Part shown: positions 38,435-49,006 of the stretch, piece by piece | Layout of the letters: each line of letters begins with the position of its first letter | How positions within the stretch are numbered: position 1 is the first letter of the stretch | Assembly: GCF_046119375.1 (NCBI RefSeq) | Contig: NW_027362767.1 | Span: 255,688,001 to 255,752,000 of the forward strand | DNA from: Phyllobates terribilis | Taxonomy: Eukaryota | DNA length: 64,000 bases | Direction: 5' to 3' | Notes under the pieces: generated by a model | What the model was told of the DNA's origin: nothing | The model's database searches: none | The model's input: only the letters and a program-made list of their open reading frames with translations | Translations under genes and position numbers: made by a program

Positions 38435-41400
38435 TCACCTCTGCTCTTTAAAACTTTGGTGCAGATTCTCGGCCTGAGACTTCAGCTGCCGAAACTCCTC
38501 CTGGATGTAATCGGTGATCGCTTTCCTCATCTCCATCTGCAGAGAATTACAGAACAGTAATGCAGCCGCTACACAGGAAAATATGGAGAAAAATCACACG
38601 GACAGTGGATCGGTGGAACTGGCATGATAGGTATGGGGTCCTATGCACTAAGCTCAGCACATGCCCTTAACTCCTTCCTGCTCCATTATATACTATTACG
38701 TCATGCAGAGGGTGCAGGAGCTGAAGCCGCTCACACAGGGCAGATGCCGGCTGTGTTATACATCCAGCACCTGCTCCTAACAGCAGCGATCGGATCTGAT
38801 GGTTTCAGTCTCAGACAGCAGCATTTAGGTGCTGCCATCCTAGGGAGGCATCTATTTGGGCACTCATCTTCCCCTCTCAATCGCAAGGTGCCAGTGGGTT
38901 ACCAAGGTAGCTTGGGACTTGTATTGTCCTCCTGTGAAGTCCAATGACCTACTGGGCTTTATAGAAGATTATAATCTTCACTATAATACCACGATTAAAT
39001 GAAAGCAGGTTTGAGTCCTGGGAAGGCTGAAAAGTTTTAAAAAATATGAAAAGGAATAAATATATATTACTATTCGGGCCACCCCTTCTTAACCCATCCA
39101 AAAGTAATGGAATTAAAAAAATAAATAAAACATGTGGTATAGCTGCGTCTGTAAAATTCTGATCAATATAAAATTCTGCAATCCATAAAGGAAAAAAATT
39201 AAAAAAAATATAAAGTGAAATGACAAAATTGCTCTTTTTCTGGTGCTGCCCTTCACTCAAAAAGACAATAAGAGGCAAAGCACGGTATGTACCCCAAAAT
39301 GGTATCAAAATGTCAGCTTGGCACGCAAAAACAAGCCCTCAAGTTGAAAAAAAAAAAGCAAAAATATTTTGGGTCTCAAAAAACAGACACAAACCAGTTT
39401 ACCAATTTTTTTTTTTTTACCTTCAAAACTCACAATTTTTTAAGCCACTAAAATAACAAAGGATCAATTGGATTATACAGCGAGGCACGTGTCCTAATGC
39501 TACGCCATCACTCTGCGAGATGGGAATACCCCCTTATTGGAGTGGAGACAGACCCGACCATTCATTAGATCCATGCGGCTCATCTTGGATTGCGCTGATT
39601 TTACCAGCCTAGTGATTATCAGTGGTATGGGCTTAGCTGCTCAGAGACTGCAGGATGTCCCCAGTCCACCGGCCAGCGTTATGACCTCTGATGACGCCAA
39701 GGGAAAGAGTAAGGATCTTACCGGCGTCCTGCACTCAGCTCTTAACTTCTCCACCACAGACGCGGCACTGAACGGGCTCCCAACCAGCACAGTAATCTTC
39801 TGCAGGGAAGAGAAGAAATGGAGACAGTGACCTGACTGCGCTGGAAAATCTATAGCTCCAGTCACTATCAGACCCCCGAGTCCTAGGAAGTCACCAAGAA
39901 AATCTACGCCAGGATAGGGGAGAAGCGTCAGATCGTGCGTTCCCTTCGCTCGTCCGGTGTCCCCTGTATGAATGGAGGAGTGGTGAAGCGAGAAACAGTC
40001 CTGCTATGGGTCATACACATGATCCCAAATCAGAGGGAGTCACAAAAAAACACCTACCTGTCCCCATCGCGGCACATAGGGCGGATCGTTAGGTAGCACA
40101 TCGTTCATTCCTGGGATACAAGAGGGCGATATCACAATCATTGTATACACATATAACTCCTTTTTCTATCTTCTCAATGGGTATTTCCTGAATGTTATGT
40201 ACAAATATACAATATGACGCCTGAATATAGGGGATAATATATTCCCCCTTCTAAGAGGGTTAGACATGGGGGAATAAAGTGCTCAGGTGCTACAGTCCAG
40301 AGCTGAAATCGCCAGCTCCTCCTGCACAGAACCTGCTCCGGGGAGTAGTGTCATCATTGTACAGTCTTCTGATGGAGAAGGACAAAAAGCTCCGGCCCCA
40401 TGGTATTATAGGAGGGCAATCAAAACCTTAAAGGGGTTGTCCCCTTTCAGAAAAGTATTTCTTATAAGCTCTATTAGTAGTAAAAAACAACAACTGGGCG
40501 TTACTCTTCCACCCCAGGTCCAACAGCGAGTTTCCGCAGCTGCTCCCTGCATCCGTTATTGCCAGCAGGACTGACCAAAGCGCTGCAGCTGATCAGCTCT
40601 GAGCAGTTTCCGAAAAGTAATGGTCAAAGACGCACACATGCGATAAGAGGAGAGACAGGGTCAGTACTTACCGACGTGCCAGAGAGGAAGGATGATGGGG
40701 TTCAGGGTGCACTCAGATATTAGGCGGCCGATGCCTAAAAAGATGAGCAGCGATGACGACATGCATGATATCTACCAAACCCAACTCAATTTTGGACTAT
40801 GTCTTGCGCACTCACCCCACTTCAGCCTCATAAAATCTTGCGTCATGTTAACTTTTCCTAAAGGGAAACCAAAACATTATGAAAATGCAGGATCCGCGGA
40901 CGCTGGCAATCCAGGATCAGAGAAGATGGACAGAAGCTGCAGAGACGCTGCTGCACCTCCGTATCTACATGATCGGGTATACCGTGTATATGGGATCGGG
41001 GCCATTACCTTCAGGGAACACGTGCACCCATTCTCCATTGTTCAGCCGCTCCACAATAAAGTCCATTCCTTTCTGATATACTCCATCTCCTGCACGACAA
41101 GATGCAAATGATGATGCTGGGGGTTGTAGTCTTATAACAGCTAAAGAGCCAACAGGTTGCAGATTAAAGTTCTACAGACTTAAAGAAAAAAATAACCCTA
41201 AAATGTGTGTGCGCTAAAAAACATTTCTGCAGTCTTTTTTTCTATTTCCTTGCAGTATTCAAGATCCCTGCTTGTTGTCAGTGAATAGGAACATTACTGA
41301 GTTCATCCAGAGGGCAGGCTATAAAATATAGCAAAATAGGTGCACTGAATACTTCTCAGAGCTCAAGGTTTCCAAAAACCACTTATATTCGGGGTGAGTA

Positions 41401-44400
41401 TATGCACATTGCATTCAGAGACAGCAAGCGTAAACGCACGGTCTATACAGGAGATTATTGGACAAATCACTGAATTTGAGTTTTTCTTTCAGTCCTATTG
41501 TCCTTGGTGTATAACATCTGACCACTCCCCCCCTCCCGGTGTATAATCTCCAGCCCCTCGCCATGCCGCCTGCCTTTACTAACATGTGACAGAACGTCTG
41601 GTGGTGCAGAGCTCTCCGATACCAGCGCGGTCCTGTAATAGGAGCCACCGGGGTAACAAGTCTGGTCATAACATTTCTTGCTCCTGAATCTTCCCCCATC
41701 ACCTGTAATGATGATATTAGTGATATTATTGAGAAGTGGAAGGAACCGCAGCAACTCAGCCACAAGGGGAGACCCCATAACATTACAGAACGGGGGGCCG
41801 AGTGCTGGGGAGCAGAGGGCAGAAAAGTCACCACTGCTCTGCAGACCCCATAACTGCAGAGTCCAGTCCTCCTCTGGTATAATATCAGCACAAACAGCGC
41901 CCCCACCAGCAGCTTCATGGCCGAGCAGCTGCATGCAGCAGTACATCACCAAGCACAATGCTGAGCATCGGATGGAGTGGTGTAAAGCCGCCACCACTGG
42001 ACTCTGGAGGAGACGTGTTCTCTCTATCCGGCGTCTGATGGAGGAGTCTGGGTTTGGTGATTCCAGGAGAACGTTACCCCCTGACTGCATTGTGCCCGTT
42101 GTGCAGATGGTGGTGGAGGATAATGCTATGGGCTGTTATCAGGGGTCGGCCTCGGCCTCTGAATCCCAGGGAAGGGAAATCTTAATCTTCTTCACAAGAC
42201 ATTGTGGACAATCATAGCTTCCAGCTTTGTGGGAACAGTTTGGGGGAGACCCTTCTTTGTTCCCCATTACTGTGCCCAGTGCACAAGATCCATACAGACA
42301 TGGGGGGGGTGGAGAACATGAGCGGCCGCACAGAGTCAGGACTTCAGCCCCATCTCATAACGGAGATTGTGACCCCGGGCTCCCCCCAACATCAGGGTCT
42401 GACCCCACAAATGCTCTTATGGATGAAGGGGCAAAAATTCCCACAGACACCTCCAAAATCTTGTAGAAATCCTTCCCAGAAGAGGGGAAGCCGTTATATC
42501 TGCAGAGGGCAGACTCCATATTATGTCTATGGATGTAGGATGGGAGGTGAGAAAAGCCCCTGGATGTGTAATGTGGAGGAGGCACATACTTTTCTCCATA
42601 TAGTGTGTGTAAAATATATATATATATATATATTTATTTATTTATTACTGTATATGGACTGCCACCCGCACTGACCTCGGCACACTGGCACACACTTGCC
42701 CATACTGAAGAACCAGGAGTGGACCTCTTTTGTGAAACAGATATCTGCAGCAGTAGGGGTCCTAAGAGAAGGCACAGACATGTCAGTAAGAGCCGCGATA
42801 TCCATGGATGCCTCCGGTGGTACATGGGGAGAACACTCACCACCGCATCGTGCTCAGGTCCCACAGGTGCTTGAACTTTAGGATACCTGGAATACAGAGG
42901 AGAATATTTGTTACCTTCTTTTCATGGCATTCCAACTGTTGCAAAACTACAACTCCTGACGCAAGGATATGGCCCAGCACCACCATATATCTAAACATAC
43001 ACTCGTGCCAAGGTCCCAAAAGAGACAATGTAGAAAGAAAGGAAGTGGAGGGAGAACAGGCACCAAGCGTAATGAATAATCAAGTATAGAGGCAGTGTAT
43101 TGAAAACATAGTGTAAATTTTATTATAGTCAGGCCATACAATACCACTTGTTAAAAGGACATATAAAGCAGAAAAACAAACATCTGGACAAAGATGACCC
43201 CTTAAAAAGGTTCTAGCATATATCCAAAAAGTACTGAATACACCTAAATTCATATATCAAAAAATGCACCACCGATATGGTATAAGACTAAATAATTCTA
43301 ATAATGTAGACATATGGCTAAAATGTATCCCCCAAATAAATTATACATTATAAAGATATAGAATAAATAGATCATTTGAACAGGAGGAAAGAAGATATGT
43401 CTATGTTCTCCCTAAAGCGGACAGTACCCAATAGGTCATAGTGGGAAGGGGAGAATAAGTAAATAAAGTATACCAACCATGTAAGGTCACAGTGGAGAAA
43501 AAGGGGGATGACAACAGTGCTAACCCTACGCGTTACGCCATTAGGTTCTGGCTTCCTCAGGGGATATTCTCCCCTTCCCACTATGACCTATTGGGTACTG
43601 TCCGCTTTAGGGAGAACATAGACATATCTTCTTTCCTCCTGTTCAAATGATCTATTTATTCTATATCTTTATAATGTATAATTTATTTGGGGGATACATT
43701 TTAGCCATATGTCTACATTATTAGAATTATTTAGTCTTATACCATATCGGTGGTGCATTTTTTGATATATGAATTTAGGTGTATTCAGTACTTTTTGGAT
43801 ATATGCTAGAACCTTTTTAAGGGGTCATCTTTGTCCAGATGTTTGTTTTTCTGCTTTATATGTCCTTTTAACTATGTTTTTTAACAAGTGGTATTGTATG
43901 GCCTGACTATAATAAAATTTACACTATGTTTTCAATACACTGCCTCTATACTTGATTATTCATTACGCTTGGTGCCTGTTCTCCCTCCACTTCCTTTCTT
44001 TCTACAAAACTACAACTCCTAGCATGAGCTGCGTGCAGTTGTCAGTGCAAACAAGGAGTTGTAGCATCTCAACAGCGGGAAAGCCACAGGCTCGGGACCA
44101 TTCAGTAATGGGTTCACCGGCAATGACACAAGTCTGTCCCAGTCCCTGTCTCCCTGGTGTCGGAGGCCAGACCATGAGTGCAGGGTGAGCCCCATGACGA
44201 GGGAGGCTTACCCCACAGGTGAGGGTCGTCCATACAGGACTGGTGGTTGGAGATGGTGATGAGCGGAGTGTCCGGCTGCCGCTTCTCGATCAGCTCATAT
44301 AACACTTCTTTGTTGTGCACCCGCAGACTGTTCATGTACTCTGCGAGAACAAGTGACAGCTGCAGTCATTATAGTTACACTGAGTTGTCGGATTAACAGA

Positions 44401-45354
44401 AATTCCGGACTATTGGAATTATACAGACATTGAGACCTAAACCGTTATGTCACCCACTGCCGGGGGTCCATGGGACAATTTTTGCCATGTGGCAGATTAT
44501 CAGTATTTCCAGGCCACTGGACCCAATGTCCTCCTAATGCCTTCACACTACAACTCTCAGCATGTCTAAACAATTATAGAATCTGGCCAATCCCTTTATT
44601 TTTTAGCTCTTTACTTTCGGATTGGGAAAAGCAGGCGATTCATACATTTATGTTTTTGATTAATTTTTACTTTTTTTTTTTCCCCTTTATCCCCTCGGGG
44701 GACTTGACCTTGTGATTGTTTGTGCGCTTGTACTATATACAGCACATATCACAATCTCCTATGGAGCCGGGCTCCACTTCATGGGAGTACAAAGATGGCA
44801 GCAATCGTGTGTGTGATTGACAGCAGGGTGAAACAGCAGGGAAAGGGTTAAAGGTGTAATCCAATCTCATAAAGTGATGGCACATTGCTAGGAAACGCAA
44901 TCACTTTACAATTGGTGGGGATCCAACCTCCGATCCTCAGAATGAAGGATCCATTGCAAAGTAAAGGGGACGCAGTGATAAATCAGCGCTACCGGCCCTT
45001 TAATATCCAGTTGGGGCGACCTAGAGGGGACGCAGTGCTGAATAAGCACTATGGTCCCGCAGGTCAGACCTCCTGACAACCATAAAGCGATGACGTTGAT
45101 GATGTGCCATCCCCTTTACGGAATATGGATCCCATGAAAGGTCTTCTCTGCTACCGTGAGCTACTCATAATACAAGGTTACATAAAGTCTATAAGACATG
45201 CTGGGAGTTGTAGTCACAACAGCTATGAGAAAGCCAAATACTTACTGGTCCATATCCAGCTGTAAGTGCCCACCAGCCCGGTGATCACGGTGCTGGTCAT
45301 GTGCCGGTATACGTGTGACTTGACAGGGAACGGCCAGCTCACCACCAGCGGCAT
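38435..45354 (-). CDS. TAFAZZIN: Tafazzin (cardiolipin transacylase), 10 coding exons, 262 aa
   Basis: Exons (-): 45354-45246, 44340-44212, 42886-42841, 42761-42676, 41089-41009, 40857-40816, 40734-40672, 40110-40058, 39799-39722, 38536-38435. All GT-AG; total 789 nt. Motifs: [10 protein letters not shown], the [10 protein letters not shown]4D acyltransferase motif, [11 protein letters not shown] and WVHVFPEG. Confidence 0.97.
41460..42605 (+). mobile_element. Old, heavily degenerate Tc1-like element in a TAFAZZIN intron
   Basis: Peptide remnants [14 protein letters not shown] and DCIVPVV...MGC resemble Tc1 KHNAKRRLEWCK and CIVPTVK...WGC. The right end CATACTTTTCTCCATATAGTG is TIR-like. The left boundary is approximate. 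Confidence 0.6.
42958..44004. mobile_element. Insertion with a 16-bp TSD and inverted-repeat architecture; probable Penelope-like retroelement remnant
   Basis: Direct repeat CAAAACTACAACTCCT at 42942-42957 and 44005-44020. Inverted arms at 43029-43457 and 43565-44006, with a hammerhead motif in the spacer. Confidence 0.65.
43524..43563 (-). ncRNA. Minimal type I hammerhead ribozyme motif with a core variant (GAAA to GUAA)
   Basis: - strand reads CCC CUGAGGA A GCC agaaccuaau GGC GUAA CGCGUA GGG: stem I CCC/GGG, CUGANGA box, stem II GCC/GGC, palindromic ACGCGU stem III and a GUA cleavage triplet. Confidence 0.7.
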
Positions 45355-45989
45355 CTTCCACCGTACGTCAGCAGAGATCTGGAACAGCGACACAAGGGAG
45401 AAGAAAGCTCTGATAATCCGGAATGTTGGTAATCCAGAGATTAACTCCCAGCCAGCCTCTACAGTACACAGGATTATTATTAAAATGGTCACCAAGTCAG
45501 AGATACAGCTACCCAGTCTTCTACCTGGCAAGTCCTGTGAAGCCCAACCAGGGGCCGAGCTTCAGAGGTGGCCGCAATGTTATTATATATTTCTTAAATG
45601 CACGTATTGGGGGTAGGAATCATTTCTGCAATTCGGTTTCATGAAATATTTGGCTTTTTCCGGCTCCTTGTTTCCCGACACGACACATTCAACTTTCATG
45701 TTGTCTGAGGTTATAAATCAGCTGAGATAAAGACAGATACAAGTGTTACAAAACGCTGGTCAGACCGCTATAGCGAGCTCACTGACGGAGTCTCAGTTAG
45801 CTCATTCTGCAGCCAGCAACGGATGACAAGACTATAAAAGGCAAACGGTGCAAACTGTTTATCGAAACCCAATTGCAAACATTATCTTTAGCCCCAAATA
45901 CATGTATTCAAGTAAGGAAAACCCATCTCCCCATAGGTGACCTCCCCTAAATGTGGCCCCACTGGCCCCCCGATGGGACATAGTCGCTA

Positions 45990-46500
45990 GCACTGTATAT
46001 GCCGCAGCTGTGCAGGGTGGCGGGGCCCAGCACTCACACAATGCCTGTAATGGGGGCTGTGCAGTCACCGCACCTCCACCGCCTGCCCTCCATCACTTCC
46101 GGGGAGGCTCCTCAGGAAAGTCCGAGGCTTCGGCCTAGTCTGACGCGATTGCTACGCTCCGGGCCACTATCAGGAGCTGACCTCCGGCTTTTCCCCTGGG
46201 CTTCCCCCGGTGTGGTGACAGACTGCAGGCCGGGGCAGAGCGGTGCGGGGGCCCGGGGTGTGCACCTCCTGGGGGCCGCCATCTTGACGGGGACCCCACT
46301 CACCTGAGCGGACGGGGGGCTTCATTCACACGAGTCGTGCACTAGTTTCTTGCGCGTCTCCCTGCAGCCTCGCCACTGCTCACTAGAGGGCGCCAGAGCC
46401 GCAGCATTGCGGCCTCCATGCGCCGAGCTCTTCAGCCTCCCGGCAGGGCTCGGCCTTACCTCTGCTTGCTGTCAGTGATTGGCAGCACCATAGCGTTATA
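45990..46500 (-). promoter_or_regulatory. CpG-rich probable TAFAZZIN promoter / non-coding first exon
   Basis: High CpG content; ETS motif CCGGAAGT (~46096-46103, - strand); YY1 motif AAGATGGCGGC (~46275-46285); strong donors CAG|GTGAGT (46304) and GAG|GTAAGG (46460). The first coding exon has an acceptor at 45379-45380. Confidence 0.55.
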
Positions 46501-46953
46501 TCTGATCTCAATGCACAGCTGAGGGGTTGTTGCACTGTATGGTGACATAAGAAAGCGGCGTCCATCTGTAATATGGGAATAGAAGAGGGGTCCTTATAGC
46601 CGCAGTTATTGGGTGGTCCTGACACCACAGCCCCCATACAGCCTGTGTGTACATGGATGAGCAATGTATGATCTCCTGTTACTACAAGGCGTCCATGTAT
46701 CTGTTCTCTGTATACTCATGTAACCATCCATAGGGCAGCCATTCACCGCGGGCACCCCGAAATCTGCTGCCCCTGGAGCTGATGAGCAGGAAACCCTAAT
46801 GGCTGCAGAGTGGACCCCGGGGACGACATATTGTGTATTATGTGCTGATATACGAAGCGCAGAGCGTGAGAAATGTAATGTCTCCATCATCTATCTGCTG
46901 AGTACAGTGCAGTATAACTGCGATTCTGCTAGAACTTGGAGCCCTGGCCCTAA

Positions 46954-47422
46954 GGCTGCGTTCAGACGGACGTATTCATGGTCCACGTACAGGCCTGCAG
47001 CGCCCCGGCGGTCCACGTACAGGCCTGCTGCGCCCCGGCGGTCCACGTACAGGCCTGCAACGCCCCGACGGTCCACGTACAGGCCTGCAGCGCCCCGGCG
47101 GTCCACGTACAGGCCTGCTGCGCCCCGGCGGTCCACGTACAGGCCTGCTGCGCCCCGGCGGTCCACGTACAGGCCTGCAGCGCCCCGGCGGTCCACGTAC
47201 AGGCCTGCAGCGCCCCGGCGGTCCACGTACAAGGCCTGCAGCGCCCCAGCGGTCCATGTACAGGCCTGCAGCGCCCTGGTGGTCCACGTACAGACCTGCA
47301 GCGCCCTGGCGGTCCACCTACAGGCCTGCAGTGCCCCGAGAGATATGACGTAAGTTTGGGGTGGGAGAGCAGGCATTACAGGCTGTATATAAACCGTGAA
47401 ATACGCCCGTCTGATCGCGGCT
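46954..47422. mobile_element. Harbinger-like MITE containing a 30-bp minisatellite
   Basis: TIRs GGCTGCGTTCAGACGGACGTATT / AATACGCCCGTCTGATCGCGGCT, flanked by TAA and TTA. Confidence 0.6.
46980..47336. repeat. 30-bp GC-rich minisatellite (~12 copies)
   Basis: Unit GTCCACGTACAGGCCTGCAGCGCCCCGGCG. Confidence 0.95.
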
Positions 47423-47425
47423 TTA

Positions 47426-47640
47426 GGCTACGTTCACATTTTTTGCAAAATTCCTCCAAGGATTTTTCACAGATTTTGTTGCGGAATTGCAGAAGATTTT
47501 GCCTTATGTAGCAGAGTGAGATAGTGAAGCTCTGCGGTGACGTGCTGCATGCACCACATATTGTAGATGAGATCTTATCCGCAACGCTGCTACCATAATA
47601 CTCTATAACCTGCTGTATATCCGCCCAGTGTGAACAGCCC
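47426..47640. mobile_element. Second Harbinger-like MITE abutting the first
   Basis: TTA then GGCTACGTTCACA ... TGTGAACAGCCC. Confidence 0.45.
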
Positions 47641-47767
47641 CTGGCATTGATCATAGGGCCACCACCCCGACTTGTGCAGTGCAGGATCCTATTAGATAAG
47701 AAGACACCGTAGGTGATTCTGGAAATGTCCTTCCTGCACCGGCCTGAATACGGCACAGGGAGACGAC

Positions 47768-48052
47768 AGCGCCATTTATTAGAAAGTCATTTATATGATC
47801 CGCGTGTACGCTGAGCTTTGGTCTTGGGGTGCTTCACAGTTTTGCCCGGTTTCAAGTGTCACACTTCTGGAATCATCCAGCGTAGCCCAGTGGCGTGCCA
47901 GCTGTTGGAAAACTACAACTCCCAGCATGCCCTGACATCTTGCACACCACTGATGTAGGATCAGGATCCGCAGGACTTGTGTACGTTACCTGCAGCCGGC
48001 ACTTGATCATTTCAGCAGGTACTATGATTATGGCTGCTCACAGTCCTGCCAG
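47768..48052 (-). pseudogene. Internally deleted tandem-duplicate fragment of the SLC25A20-like gene
   Basis: 47885-48052 is a diverged copy of 51893-52059 (3' part of exon 4 plus the start of intron 4). 47768-47885 is a diverged copy of the end of exon 9 (LRWMIPEV* vs LHWMIPDM*), the 3'UTR and AATAAA. Confidence 0.8.
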
Positions 48053-48057
48053 CGCCA

Positions 48058-48063
48058 TTTATT
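48058..48063 (-). terminator. Candidate poly(A) signal of the SLC25A20-like gene (duplicate at 47775-47780)
   Basis: First AATAAA on the - strand after the stop codon at 49007. Confidence 0.6.
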
Positions 48064-48092
48064 AGAAAGTCATGTATATGATCCGCGTGTAC

Positions 48093-48984
48093 GTAGAGCT
48101 CTGGTCTTGTGGTGACGCACGCACGTAGATCTCTGGTCTTGGGGTGACGCACGCACGTAGAGCTCTGGTCTTGGGGTGACGCACGCACGTAGAGCTCTGG
48201 TCTTAGGGTGACGTACGCACGTAGAGCTCTGGTCTTGGGGTGACGTACGCACGTAGAGCTCTGGTCTTGGGGTGACGCACGCACGTAGAGCTCTGGTCTT
48301 GGGGTGACGCACGCACGTAGAGCTCTGGTCTTGGGGTGACGCACGCACGTAGAGCTCTGGTCTTGGGGTGACGCACGCACGTAGAGCTCTGGTCTTGGGG
48401 TGACGCACGCACGTAGAGCTCTGGTCTTGGGGTGACGCACGCACGTAGAGCTCTGGTCTTGGGGTGACGCACGCACGTAGAGCTCTGGTCTTGGGGTGAC
48501 GTACGCACGTAGAGCTCTGGTCTTGGGGTGACGCACGCACGTAGAGCTCTGGTCTTGGGGTGACGCACGCACGTAGAGCTCTGGTCTTGGGGTGACGCAC
48601 GCACGTAGAGCTCTGGTCTTGGGGTGACGCACGCACGTAGAGCTCTGGTCTTGGGGTGACGCACGCACGTAGAGCTCTGGTCTTGGGGTGACGTACGCAC
48701 GTAGAGCTCTGGTCTTGGGGTGACGCACGCACGTAGAGCTCTGGTCTTGGGGTGACGCACGCACGTAGAGCTCTGGTCTTGGGGTGACGCACGCACTTAG
48801 AGCTCTGGTCTTGGGGTGACGCACGCACTTAGAGCTCTGGTCTTGGGGTGACGCACGCACTTAGAGCTCTGGTCTTGGGGTGACGCACGCACTTAGAGCT
48901 CTGGTCTTGGGGTGACGCACGCACTTAGAGCTCTGGTCTTGGGGTGACGCACGCACGTAGAGCTCTGGTCTTGGGGTGACGCAC
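48093..48984. repeat. 32-bp minisatellite (~28 copies) in the SLC25A20-like 3'UTR
   Basis: Unit GTAGAGCTCTGGTCTTGGGGTGACGCACGCAC, nearly homogeneous. Confidence 0.97.
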
Positions 48985-49006
48985 AGTTTTGGCAGGTTTC
49001 AGGGTT

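Noticed and set aside
38960-39460. AT-rich segments resembling internal parts of a large non-autonomous DNA element (also ~44400-44830)
   Set aside because: Boundaries and family cannot be supported without a repeat library.
40425-40620. TTAAAGGG-starting segments (also ~17983, ~49447, ~50035, ~51325, ~59934) resembling T2/Kolobok MITE ends
   Set aside because: Matching second termini could not be fixed by eye, so they are not listed as features.
46112-46303. Short ORF containing MAAPRRCTPRAP with a Kozak-like AAGATGGCGG
   Set aside because: Better explained as a YY1 motif in a CpG-rich promoter region; no homology.
48012-48860. Three overlapping 197-282-aa ORFs
   Set aside because: Artefacts of the 32-bp 3'UTR array, open in all three frames.
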